Origin: an uncultured bacterium
GTDB lineage: Bacteria > Krumholzibacteriota > Krumholzibacteriia > LZORAL124-64-63
Assembly (NCBI GenBank): GCA_937910695.1
Contig: CALEMW010000148.1
Coordinates: forward strand, 237-64,236
DNA length: 64,000 nt
Direction: 5' to 3'
Each line of letters begins with the position of its first letter. The stretch's first letter is position 1. Below, in pieces: positions 35,665 to 44,548 of the stretch. A program made the translations under genes and the position numbers. The notes under the pieces were generated by a model. That model made no database searches. It had not been told where the DNA came from and was given only the letters and a program-made list of their open reading frames with translations.

Positions 35665-36438
35665 TCAGTCGATGTCCTTTTCCATGGCCCGCTGGGCGCT
35701 GGGAGTCAGGAAGGACTTGAGCTTCTCTTCGACGATGCGCGGGGAGTCGCCGCCCTGGATCCCCATGACGCCTTCGATGATCATTTCACGGACGAGGATT
35801 TCTTCTCCCGACCTCGTCTGGAGCTTGCCGGCCATGGGAATGAAGAAGGCGTTGGCCATCACGGCGCCGTAGAAGGTCGTGAGCAGAGCCACCGCCATGC
35901 CTGTGCCGATGGAGCTGGGGTCTTCCATGTTCGCCAGCATGTTCACCAGTCCCACCAGGGTTCCGATCATGCCGAAAGCCGGAGCGTAGACGCCGCCGGC
36001 GTCGAGGATCTTCTTACCCTCGAGATGACGCTTCTGCTGCTGCTCGATGTCCGTTTCCAGAATGCGCTGCAGGAGCGAGGGATCGGTGCCGTCTACGGCC
36101 AGGCGGAGACCCTTACGGAGGAAGTCGTTCTCCTCATTTTCGGAATGCTCTTCGAGGGCCAGCATGCCCTCCTTGCGCGCCTGTTCGGCATACTTGACGA
36201 TGCGCTGGATGACCTCTTCCGGTGCATTGGCTTCGGTCAGGACCGTCTTTTTGATGATGCCGATCATGCCGATAACCCGCGTCAGCGGGTAGTTCGTCAA
36301 AATCGCCATCACCGTGCCGCCGAAGACCATGATCATGGACGGAACGTTGACGAACAGGATCAGGGATCCCCCCATCAGGATCGCCCATACGATCAGACCC
36401 AGGGCGCCGAAGATTCCGATGATCGTCGCGATATCCAC
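35665..36438 (-). CDS. motA: Stator A subunit (PomA/MotP-like)
   Basis: ARKEGMLALE, PAFGMIGTLVGL and ALLTTFYG. Confidence 0.97.
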   Translation of the reverse strand: MDIATIIGIFGALGLIVWAILMGGSLILFVNVPSMIMVFGGTVMAILTNYPLTRVIGMIGIIKKTVLTEANAPEEVIQRIVKYAEQARKEGMLALEEHSENEENDFLRKGLRLAVDGTDPSLLQRILETDIEQQQKRHLEGKKILDAGGVYAPAFGMIGTLVGLVNMLANMEDPSSIGTGMAVALLTTFYGAVMANAFFIPMAGKLQTRSGEEILVREMIIEGVMGIQGGDSPRIVEEKLKSFLTPSAQRAMEKDID

Positions 36439-36462
36439 AGTTCGACCTCGCTGCAGTGAGTC

Positions 36463-36699
36463 CTAGTGCTGATCAATGCCTTCGTACACAGAGCCCGTGC
36501 CACCGGTGGGCACGGGGTGGCTGCGCGATTTCTGACGAAACTCGATGGACAGACGGATCACGTCGTCCAACGTCTCCTTGACCATGATCTTGCGCCCCGT
36601 CGTGAGGCTGATCAGGGTATCGGGAGTGATCTCAACCGTTTCGATGAGATCGGTGTTGAGCACCATCTGGCTCCCGTTCAATTTCGTGACGTTGATCAT
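36463..36699 (-). CDS. flbD: FlbD/SwrD family protein
   Basis: MINVTKLNG..LNTDLIETVE.TPDT; between flgE and motA. Confidence 0.93.
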   Translation of the reverse strand: MINVTKLNGSQMVLNTDLIETVEITPDTLISLTTGRKIMVKETLDDVIRLSIEFRQKSRSHPVPTGGTGSVYEGIDQH

Positions 36700-36723
36700 G
36701 GTCCTTTAGCTCCTTTAGGCGCG

Positions 36724-38838
36724 TTAACGCAGCATCGAGACGATCTCTTGCAAGATCTGGTCCCCCGTCGTCACAACGCGTGCATTGGCCTGGAAGGCGC
36801 GTTGGGCTACCACCAGATTCGTCAGTTCCGCCGTGATATCCACGTTGGATCCTTCAAGAGCCCCGGAAACCACCAGGGTCCCCTCGCCGTCGCCGGCGAA
36901 CATGGTCATCGCCGCTCCGGAGTTGCTGCTGACCTTGTAGCTGTTCCCGTCGGCCTGCAGCAGTCCTTCGTTGTTGGCGAAACGCGCGATGCCGACGCGG
37001 GCCAGGGTCTGCATGGTGTCGTTGGAGAAACGGCCGATGACGGTGCCGCTGGTATCGATTTCGAAATCGAGCAGCTCGCCCGCCGCATAGCCGTCGGACA
37101 TGCCCTGCAGGGTGTCGGTGCCGGCATGCTGGGTCATGCCGTCGAGGGTGCCGAGCTGACCGGCGTCGATCTCGATGATCACGATATCCGCGCCCTGGTC
37201 GTCGGCACTCTGGGGACGGAACGACAGATGGCCGGAATCGTCTGCGTAGCGGAAGGCGACGATGTCACCATTGCTGTCGAAGGTGACCGTGCCGGATCCG
37301 CCTTCGATGAGCTCTTCGGTCCCCTCCATCTCGGCGGTCCACGTCCATTCGTTCAAGCCGACCCGCTTGGTGAAGGTCAGCTGTACGTTGTGGGTATTCC
37401 CGAGGGAGTCGTAGACCATCGACGACATGGTGAAGGTGTCGGAATCGGCGGCCTCCTGGACTTCGGTGAAGGAGAACGAGGTTTCGAGGGTCGGGTTCAC
37501 TTCGCCGACTTCACGGATCTCGACCTGGCCCAGGGCGTTCTCCGTGCCCAGTTCGCCGAGCAGGAGCACCTCGCCCTGTTCGTTGATGGTGACCGGATCG
37601 GTGCTGATGCCGAAGGCGATCTGCAGACCCGTGAGCAGGTCCTGGACCGTCGAGGCGGCGTCGGCCACCAGGTTGTAGCCGGGAGCTTCGCTCGTGCCGA
37701 TGGAACCGCTCAACGAAAGGGTCGTCTGGGGGTTGAGCGCATCGATGTTCAAGCCCAGGCTTTCACCGCGGCTGTTGAACACGTCGGTCAAGAGATCGTC
37801 GGAAGTCGCTGCGGCCCGCAACCGCCCTTGACTCGCGGCCGGATCGTCCGTCGTACCGGTGCCGCCTGGGGCCACGGCATTCGTGAAGCGGAAACTGCTG
37901 TTGAAGTCGGAGTTGCCGGCCACAGAAAGCTGCAGGTTCAGCAGAGTCGCAGCTCCGCTGCCGTTGTCGATGGACACCGAGCCGTCGGCTCCGAGTGTAA
38001 GCGTGACTTCACCAGGGTTGAACTCGGGGAGCGCTTCTAGCTGAGCCGTGACCCAGCCCAGGAGCTCGATCAGGGTGTCGCCACCCTCCCCGACCACGTC
38101 GCTGCCGACAAGGAACGGCGAGGCGTCGATGGTCGCGGCCGTACCGCCTGTTTCCACCATGCCGGTCAAGGCGATGCGGTCGCCGTCCTGCAGGCCCATG
38201 AGATCGCCGTTCTGGGCATAAAGGCCGGTCAGGGCGTCGGAACCGGCGGCGGCTGCCATCAGATGCTGTGACTCGAGGATGCTGTTCTGGGCGTCGGAAT
38301 CGGCATCGAGGTTGCCGAAGATCTGCAGACTGGTCGAAGCCGCAGCGGGAACGCTCATGCTAGGATCGATGATGATGTCGCTCCAGGCACCGGCGGTGAT
38401 CGTCCCGTCGGGACCGGCCATGACTCCCTGCAGGCGCAGACCGCTGCCGGGATCCACCAGGTGGTGATCTGCGTCGAGACCGAAGGCCCCGGCGCGCGTG
38501 TAGACCGAATCGCGGCCGTCGCTGAGCATGAAGAAGCCGTCGCCCTGCAGGGCGAGGTCGGTGATCATGCCTGTCGACTGCAGCGACCCCTGCTGGAAGC
38601 GCGTGTCGATGGTCGAGACCGCGGTTCCCAGACCGATCTGCATGGCATTGATACCGCCGCGCTGACCCGAGACGGGACGGCTTGCCCCGTGGAGCGTCTG
38701 GGAGAACATTTCCCTGAACGTGACCCGCGATCCCTTGTAACCCACCGTGTTGGCGTTGGCGATGTTGTTGCCGATGACGTCCATCTCGATGGAGTTGGCG
38801 CCAAGACCGGAAATTCCTGCGTAAAGTGAACGAAGCAT
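36724..38838 (-). CDS. flgE: Hook protein FlgE (704 aa, large central insertion)
   Basis: GNNIANANTVGYK, YTRAGAF, VYDSLG and LEGSNVD..AQRAFQANAR. Confidence 0.96.
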   Translation of the reverse strand: MLRSLYAGISGLGANSIEMDVIGNNIANANTVGYKGSRVTFREMFSQTLHGASRPVSGQRGGINAMQIGLGTAVSTIDTRFQQGSLQSTGMITDLALQGDGFFMLSDGRDSVYTRAGAFGLDADHHLVDPGSGLRLQGVMAGPDGTITAGAWSDIIIDPSMSVPAAASTSLQIFGNLDADSDAQNSILESQHLMAAAAGSDALTGLYAQNGDLMGLQDGDRIALTGMVETGGTAATIDASPFLVGSDVVGEGGDTLIELLGWVTAQLEALPEFNPGEVTLTLGADGSVSIDNGSGAATLLNLQLSVAGNSDFNSSFRFTNAVAPGGTGTTDDPAASQGRLRAAATSDDLLTDVFNSRGESLGLNIDALNPQTTLSLSGSIGTSEAPGYNLVADAASTVQDLLTGLQIAFGISTDPVTINEQGEVLLLGELGTENALGQVEIREVGEVNPTLETSFSFTEVQEAADSDTFTMSSMVYDSLGNTHNVQLTFTKRVGLNEWTWTAEMEGTEELIEGGSGTVTFDSNGDIVAFRYADDSGHLSFRPQSADDQGADIVIIEIDAGQLGTLDGMTQHAGTDTLQGMSDGYAAGELLDFEIDTSGTVIGRFSNDTMQTLARVGIARFANNEGLLQADGNSYKVSSNSGAAMTMFAGDGEGTLVVSGALEGSNVDITAELTNLVVAQRAFQANARVVTTGDQILQEIVSMLR

Positions 38839-38857
38839 GGTTCCTCCTTGGAACGGT

Positions 38858-39505
38858 CTACAGACCGACTTCCGCGATCTCGGACGCGAAGTATTCGTCG
38901 CCGGCCACCGAGAGGATGGCCAGGTTGTTCTCGAAACGGATGCTGTCGACATGACCCTGGCGGTAGACTTCGTGGCCGATGTCGTTGCCGGCCCGGTCGA
39001 CGACCGTGACGCTCAGGGTGTACGTACCATCGGGAGCCGCCTCACCATTGTCGGTCAGACCGTTCCAATCGATGTCGTTCCAACCCAACTCCACATCGGC
39101 CAGATATGTGGCGACAACTTCGCCGGCGCTGTTGTGTACCTCGACAGTGGCAGTTCCGTCGCCGGACGACTGCAACCGGCTGCCGGTCGCCGTCTCGTCG
39201 GCCACATCCACGCCGTCGCCAAGAACCGTGGCCGTGCGGCCGACGATGTCGAGCATCATGGTATTGTTCAGAGACTGGGAAATGCCCATGTCGGCCGCGA
39301 AGTTGCTGTTCATCTGCTCGAGCTGCTCCAGCATGGAGAACTGGGTCAGCTGAGACGTGAACTCCTCGTTGGACATGGGGTCGAGGGGATTCTGGTTCTG
39401 GATCTGGGTCACCAGGAGCTGCAGGAACTGGTCCTGGCTCTCCTGAGTGCTGGACGTCGTATAGGACGACGTCGCGGTCGTCGAGTTTACGCCGCTGACG
39501 TTCAT
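38858..39505 (-). CDS. flgD: Hook capping protein FlgD
   Basis: FLQLLVTQIQNQNPLDPM and a FlgD-Ig domain. Confidence 0.96.
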   Translation of the reverse strand: MNVSGVNSTTATSSYTTSSTQESQDQFLQLLVTQIQNQNPLDPMSNEEFTSQLTQFSMLEQLEQMNSNFAADMGISQSLNNTMMLDIVGRTATVLGDGVDVADETATGSRLQSSGDGTATVEVHNSAGEVVATYLADVELGWNDIDWNGLTDNGEAAPDGTYTLSVTVVDRAGNDIGHEVYRQGHVDSIRFENNLAILSVAGDEYFASEIAEVGL

Positions 39506-40518
39506 CGTTCACCCTCCTGGTCGTCGCCGTGGTCGGCCCGCTGATCGCCGTCGTCAGGCGTGCCGTGTTCGGGTCGGTCCTGCGGTTCGCCGGCTCCCTC
39601 GTCGTCTTCCTTCTCGGTCGCTAGGATGTGGATTTTGACCTCGTTCCACGAGGTGCTGCGTCCCAGCAGCAGTTGGCCCAACTCATCTGCGCCCTCGCGC
39701 AATGCGGACTCGGCCATGGCGGACTCGACACGGATGTGGATCTCGAGACGTTCCCCGACCCGCGTGAGCTGGATGTCCAACTTACCCAGATGGGCCGGCT
39801 CCAGATGAAGTCGGATGTCTCCTTTGCCATTGTTCAAACCCATGTGCTTCAACAGGGAATTGATCACCTGCTGCTTGACTTGTCCCGGATCGGGAGCGGG
39901 TGCTGCTTCCGGGGCCTGTTGCCCTTGCACACCGACGGCGCGCCAGATGCCGTCCAACTTGACGACGCCGACTCCGGGCGTCAGAGCTGCTGCGGCCGGA
40001 GTCGCCACGTTCTGGACCGTTGCGACTGGGCGTGAATCGACCGGGGCGGAACTCTCGCTGCTGAGCGTCGGCTTCATGTCCTGGGGAAGCCCATCGGGTT
40101 CCGACGCCGCTGCATCATCGCCCGGGGTTTGACGGAGCTCCTTCTCGGTTCCGTGCGCCTTATCTGCGGGCAGTTCCTTTGCCGCATGGTCGGACCGATC
40201 ATTGCGCCGTTCGACGGACGCGGTATCACGGTTTCCGGAGGCACGGTCGGAGCGGAAACGCGGTTCCCGCCGTTCGTCTGCACCTGAGCGGGACGAACGT
40301 TTGCTGGGGTCGTTATCATCACTGCGTGTCGAAGTCGTCTCGTCCATGTGCGACCGCTTCTGGGCGGGCGGCATGGTTTCCTGCAGCAAACGTGAGAAAT
40401 CGGGTGCCGCGACACCTGCGAAACCGACCAGCAGCTCGTTGCTGCGTCGATCTTGCTGCTGTGTGGTGCGCTCGACGGCGGTACGACTGCTTCCGGTCGT
40501 GGTCTGGACGCTGTTCAA
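39502..40518 (-). CDS. fliK: Hook-length control protein FliK
   Basis: Low-complexity N-terminus and LHLEPAHLGKL; directly upstream of flgD. Confidence 0.88.
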   Translation of the reverse strand: MNSVQTTTGSSRTAVERTTQQQDRRSNELLVGFAGVAAPDFSRLLQETMPPAQKRSHMDETTSTRSDDNDPSKRSSRSGADERREPRFRSDRASGNRDTASVERRNDRSDHAAKELPADKAHGTEKELRQTPGDDAAASEPDGLPQDMKPTLSSESSAPVDSRPVATVQNVATPAAAALTPGVGVVKLDGIWRAVGVQGQQAPEAAPAPDPGQVKQQVINSLLKHMGLNNGKGDIRLHLEPAHLGKLDIQLTRVGERLEIHIRVESAMAESALREGADELGQLLLGRSTSWNEVKIHILATEKEDDEGAGEPQDRPEHGTPDDGDQRADHGDDQEGER

Positions 40519-41048
40519 ATGTCCTCCCCCTTCCGGCTCATCCGGCTGCTGATTTCCGAAGCCAAAGCACGGTCCATGAACGAAAGTACCTTGGCGGCCT
40601 GTCGGTCCTTCATGCGCGAAACGATTTCGAGCACGATGTCGGGATGGAGGGTTTCGAGAATGGGCGCGGCCTTGTCGGGCTTCATGGCCCCGTAGACCTT
40701 AGCCAGGCGGGCCACGGAAACTTCCCGCTCCTCGGTGAAGTCTGCCTGGACGGTCCGCAGCTCCGTGATCATCTGCTGGATCTTCTGCTGCTGGATGAGC
40801 AGGACGGCTTCCTCCACATCGAATGTCGTCTTGAGCGTCAGCAGGCGTTCCGAAGAGATCTGGATATGGTCGCGCTCGGAGTCGAGAGTCGCCTTGATGC
40901 GTTCGGCCGCGAGCTGCTCGTCGGATTTCACACCGGGAGTCCTCGGCATGGCGAGGTGAACGGCGCTCTCAAGCAGTCCGGTTGTCACCAGGATGATCCC
41001 GAAGATCAGGGTGAAGGTGATGGCAGAGACGACGATCAACGATTTCAT
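40515..41048 (-). CDS. MotE/FlbB/YlxF-like protein (MgtE N-domain)
   Basis: N-terminal TM segment, coiled coil and LAKVYGAMKPDKAAPIL; between fliJ and fliK. Confidence 0.85.
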   Translation of the reverse strand: MKSLIVVSAITFTLIFGIILVTTGLLESAVHLAMPRTPGVKSDEQLAAERIKATLDSERDHIQISSERLLTLKTTFDVEEAVLLIQQQKIQQMITELRTVQADFTEEREVSVARLAKVYGAMKPDKAAPILETLHPDIVLEIVSRMKDRQAAKVLSFMDRALASEISSRMSRKGEDI

Positions 41049-41067
41049 GCAATTCCTCCGGGACGGC

Positions 41068-41511
41068 TCATGCCGACCATCGAGTGTCGTGGCGGCGGGC
41101 GGCGACTTCGTCGAGTTGTTTCTGTTCCCGTCGTCTCATAGTCTGCTCCCAATCGGCGCGCTGCCTCTCTTCCAGACGTTCGAGCACCGAAACTTCATGC
41201 TGTGCCGTCACAAGGACTCGGCGCTGTCGCTCCACGACGATCCGCTGTTCGCCGGCCTGGACATCAAGCAATTCGATCTGCTTGCGCCGGCCCTCGACGA
41301 AGGCCGCAGCGGCCCTCTCGAAACCGAGATCGACGGTGTCGCGGCGAGAACGATGGGCCGCAAGTGCCGCTTCCTCGACATCCGCCGCAAAGGCGTGGCG
41401 GCTGGCCAGTAGCTGATTCAGAGCCAGCGCCAGTTCCTGTAGTCGCCGGGCTTCGTTCTCGACGATGCGGCGCCGATGCTTCATCACCTTCGCAAGTCGG
41501 AAATGAAACAC
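41068..41511 (-). CDS. fliJ: FliJ
   Basis: FHFRLAKV N-terminus and EQKQLDE; follows fliI. Confidence 0.88.
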   Translation of the reverse strand: MFHFRLAKVMKHRRRIVENEARRLQELALALNQLLASRHAFAADVEEAALAAHRSRRDTVDLGFERAAAAFVEGRRKQIELLDVQAGEQRIVVERQRRVLVTAQHEVSVLERLEERQRADWEQTMRRREQKQLDEVAARRHDTRWSA

Positions 41512-41512
41512 G

Positions 41513-42829
41513 TCAGACCTCCGCGGTGAGCTTTAGCAAGCCGCGGGCCGTATCTGAGAAGGGAGCGGGTTCGTCGATCTCCTGGCAGAGGAAGCCGCGG
41601 ATGGCTTCGCGTCGAGAGAGGGCGGCGTCGACGAGCGGATCGGATCCAGCCACGTATGCACCGATATTGATCAGATCTCGATTCTCCTCCACCGCCTTGA
41701 GCCAGCGGGCGAGACGCACGCCGGCGGCGAGCACCTCTGGCTCGGCGACGTCCTGGCGAAGGCGGCTGATGCTGCCCAGGACATCGACGGCAGGGTAATG
41801 GCCCTCGCGAGCCAGATCCCTGCTGAGCATGATGTGTCCGTCGAGGATGGACCGGACGGCATCGCCGATGGGGTCGTGGATGTCGTCGCCTTCGATCAGG
41901 ACGGTGAAGAAAGCAGTAATGGAGCTGCCTGTAGAACAGCCGGCACGCTCGCACAGTCGAGGCAGAGCGGCGAAGACAGAAGGCGTGTAACCCTTCGTGG
42001 TGGGGGGCTCCCCCGCAGCCAGACCGATCTCTCGCAGAGCCATGGCGTAGCGTGTCAGCGAATCCATCATGAGCATGACGTTGCGCCCGGCGTCGCGGAA
42101 GCTTTCGGCGATGGCCATGGCGGTTTCGGCGCCTTTGGCCCGCATGACGGCGCTCTCGTCCGAGGTGACGACCACCACGACGGTGCGGGCCATGCCCTCG
42201 ACCCCCAGATCGCGCTCCAGGAATTCCCGTACCTCGCGGCCCCGTTCACCGATCAGCGCTACGACGTTCACATCGACTTCGGCGTTGCGGGCGAGCATGC
42301 CCAGCAAAACGCTTTTGCCCACACCACTCCCGGCGAAGATGCCCATACGCTGACCCTGGGCCACCGTGATCATCGAATCGATGGACCGCACGCCTGTGGC
42401 CAGGTGCTGGGTGATCCGACGCCGCGTCATGGCCGAGGGCGGCGGGCCGGCGACACGTTGTTCGTGCATGCCTCGGAAATCGGCGCCGCCGTCAACAGGC
42501 CGGCCGAGACCATCCACGACACGGCCGAGGAGTTCGGGGCCTACCGGTACGCTCAAAGAGTCTCCTACCAGAGCCACCCGCTGACCCCTCGCGACGCCAT
42601 CGAGGTTGCCGTAGGGCATGAGCAAAGCAGTGCTCCCACGGAAGCCTACGACCTCGCAGTCGATGGACTGGCGACCGCCCCCCAGGTCGATGCTGCACTG
42701 GGAACCAACAGAGACGGTCAGGCCCACGACTTCGATGACGAGGCCCACGAGTTTTTCCACGCGGCCGGTCACGCGGATCGGATCCCCAGCGGTCACCTGG
42801 GCTGCGCAGTGGCTCCAGGGCAGAGTCAT
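41513..42829 (-). CDS. fliI: Flagellar export ATPase FliI
   Basis: AGSGVGKS, GERGREV, MDSLTR and GEPPTTKGY. Confidence 0.98.
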   Translation of the reverse strand: MTLPWSHCAAQVTAGDPIRVTGRVEKLVGLVIEVVGLTVSVGSQCSIDLGGGRQSIDCEVVGFRGSTALLMPYGNLDGVARGQRVALVGDSLSVPVGPELLGRVVDGLGRPVDGGADFRGMHEQRVAGPPPSAMTRRRITQHLATGVRSIDSMITVAQGQRMGIFAGSGVGKSVLLGMLARNAEVDVNVVALIGERGREVREFLERDLGVEGMARTVVVVVTSDESAVMRAKGAETAMAIAESFRDAGRNVMLMMDSLTRYAMALREIGLAAGEPPTTKGYTPSVFAALPRLCERAGCSTGSSITAFFTVLIEGDDIHDPIGDAVRSILDGHIMLSRDLAREGHYPAVDVLGSISRLRQDVAEPEVLAAGVRLARWLKAVEENRDLINIGAYVAGSDPLVDAALSRREAIRGFLCQEIDEPAPFSDTARGLLKLTAEV

Positions 42830-43545
42830 GTGCCGACCTCGCAGGGCTCCACTATGTCGAGTTCCTGGTTTCTCGGCGATCTCACAGCATCCTTGCCGTA
42901 GATCATCGCATCGCGGGCGATTGTGGCGAGCGCCTCGCTCTGGCCGCGAAACGTGAGGTCCCATTCCTGGCCACCCGATTTGACGATGCAGCCGCCCGGA
43001 GGCAACGCAAGCTCGGGAGTCATGGCAACGACGTTCAGATCTCGCAGTTGGTCGGCGTATTGTTCCAGCTTGGCGACTTCAGACGGATGGGCAATGACGG
43101 TCAGTTCGGCGCCGATCTGCTTGCGGTCGATGAGGTCCTCGAGGCAGCGCACCAGATAAGTGTCGTCCACGGCAATCGCACTGCGGGCCAGGCGCTCACC
43201 GATGGCCACCGCCAGTTCAACTGCGCCCAGGGCCATGGAATGCAGGTCGTCATCGATGGCCTTGTTGATCTGATCCTTCAGGGGGATCAGCATGCCGCGA
43301 ATGAGTTCCATCTCGCTGCCGATGTTCCCATGAAGCTCCTGCCGGATCTCCTCGCTCACTTCCTCACGGACCATGGCGTAGAGAGCTTCGCGCTCTTCCT
43401 GTTCGAGCCGCTTCATAAATGCGCCGGCCCTGTCGGCAGGCCGATCCTCGACGAAGTCCGGATTCTCGCACCATGAATTACTAACAGCGTCGGAGTTTCC
43501 GTCCTGATCGGACAAGAGGATTTCATCAGGTGACCATCTGTGCAC
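42826..43545 (-). CDS. fliH: FliH
   Basis: Between fliG and fliI; C-terminal HP...GGCIV pattern. Confidence 0.85.
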   Translation of the reverse strand: MHRWSPDEILLSDQDGNSDAVSNSWCENPDFVEDRPADRAGAFMKRLEQEEREALYAMVREEVSEEIRQELHGNIGSEMELIRGMLIPLKDQINKAIDDDLHSMALGAVELAVAIGERLARSAIAVDDTYLVRCLEDLIDRKQIGAELTVIAHPSEVAKLEQYADQLRDLNVVAMTPELALPPGGCIVKSGGQEWDLTFRGQSEALATIARDAMIYGKDAVRSPRNQELDIVEPCEVGT

Positions 43546-44536
43546 CGCCGCCTCCCTTCCCGATCACGATCACGCCGGTGTCCATGAGCTTCCGCACGAC
43601 CGAAACGACCTTGGACTGGGCGTCCTCCACCTCGCTCAACGGCAGCGGGCCCATGTACTCCATGTCCTCCTTGATGCCCGCCGCGGCGCGCTTCGAGAGG
43701 TTGTTGAAGATTTTTTCCTGAATCGTACCCGGCGTCCCCTTGAGTGCAGTCGCCAGATCCTTGCCCTTGATCTCCTTGAGGATCTCCTGGATGTAGAGAT
43801 CGTCCAGGTTGGTCAGATCCTCGAAGACGAACATGAGGTTCTTGACCTCGGAAGCGCATTCGTCGTCGATGTCGCGCATGTCGTCGATGATCTCGAGCCA
43901 GGCTTCCTGCTCGATCTCGTTGAGGATGTCGGCGACCTGCTTCTTGCCGCCGTACTTGCGGCGCTCTTCCTGGAATTCGCCCTGGACCATGGAACTCACC
44001 ACGTTCTCAACGACTTGCAGCGCATCCTTGTTGGGCTTGTCGAGGGTCGCGATCTTGTGGGCCACGTCGCCCTGGATCGAGGGGGGCAGCAGGGCCATGA
44101 TCGGACCGCTGAAGCGCGGATCGACGTGCGCCAGCACCAGGGCAATGGTCTGGGGATGTTCGTTCTTCAGGTAGTTGACCACGGTGAGGTGGTCGACCTT
44201 CTTGAGGTTCTCGAACCCGCTCATGCTGCTGAAGCCGGTGGCCCGGTTGATGATCGAGTTCGCCTGGCGGCGGCCGAGAGCCTCTTCGAGGATCTCCTTG
44301 GCCGAATCCTCGCCGCCGAATTCGAAACCGGTGGCGCTCTTGCGCATCTGGACGAAGTCCATCAGCGCGCGGCGCTTCTCTTCCGCGGTGACCAGCTTGA
44401 GCTTGCTGATCTCGCCGGTGATCGCCTCGATGAGCTTCTCCGGCAGCGTCTTCATGATCTTGCCCGACACCTTGGGGCCGAGGGCGATCATCAACACGGC
44501 GATCTTGCGCAGCTTGATCCTGTTGATCTCTTCCAT
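43526..44536 (-). CDS. fliG: Motor switch protein FliG
   Basis: EHPQTIALVL, MFVFEDL and NLSKRAA. Confidence 0.97.
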   Translation of the reverse strand: MEEINRIKLRKIAVLMIALGPKVSGKIMKTLPEKLIEAITGEISKLKLVTAEEKRRALMDFVQMRKSATGFEFGGEDSAKEILEEALGRRQANSIINRATGFSSMSGFENLKKVDHLTVVNYLKNEHPQTIALVLAHVDPRFSGPIMALLPPSIQGDVAHKIATLDKPNKDALQVVENVVSSMVQGEFQEERRKYGGKKQVADILNEIEQEAWLEIIDDMRDIDDECASEVKNLMFVFEDLTNLDDLYIQEILKEIKGKDLATALKGTPGTIQEKIFNNLSKRAAAGIKEDMEYMGPLPLSEVEDAQSKVVSVVRKLMDTGVIVIGKGGGGAQMVT

Positions 44537-44548
44537 GGTGCTTCCCGT

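Noticed and set aside
34345-38040. 704-aa and 524-aa plus-strand ORFs
   Set aside because: Shadows of fliL-motB-motA and flbD-flgE.
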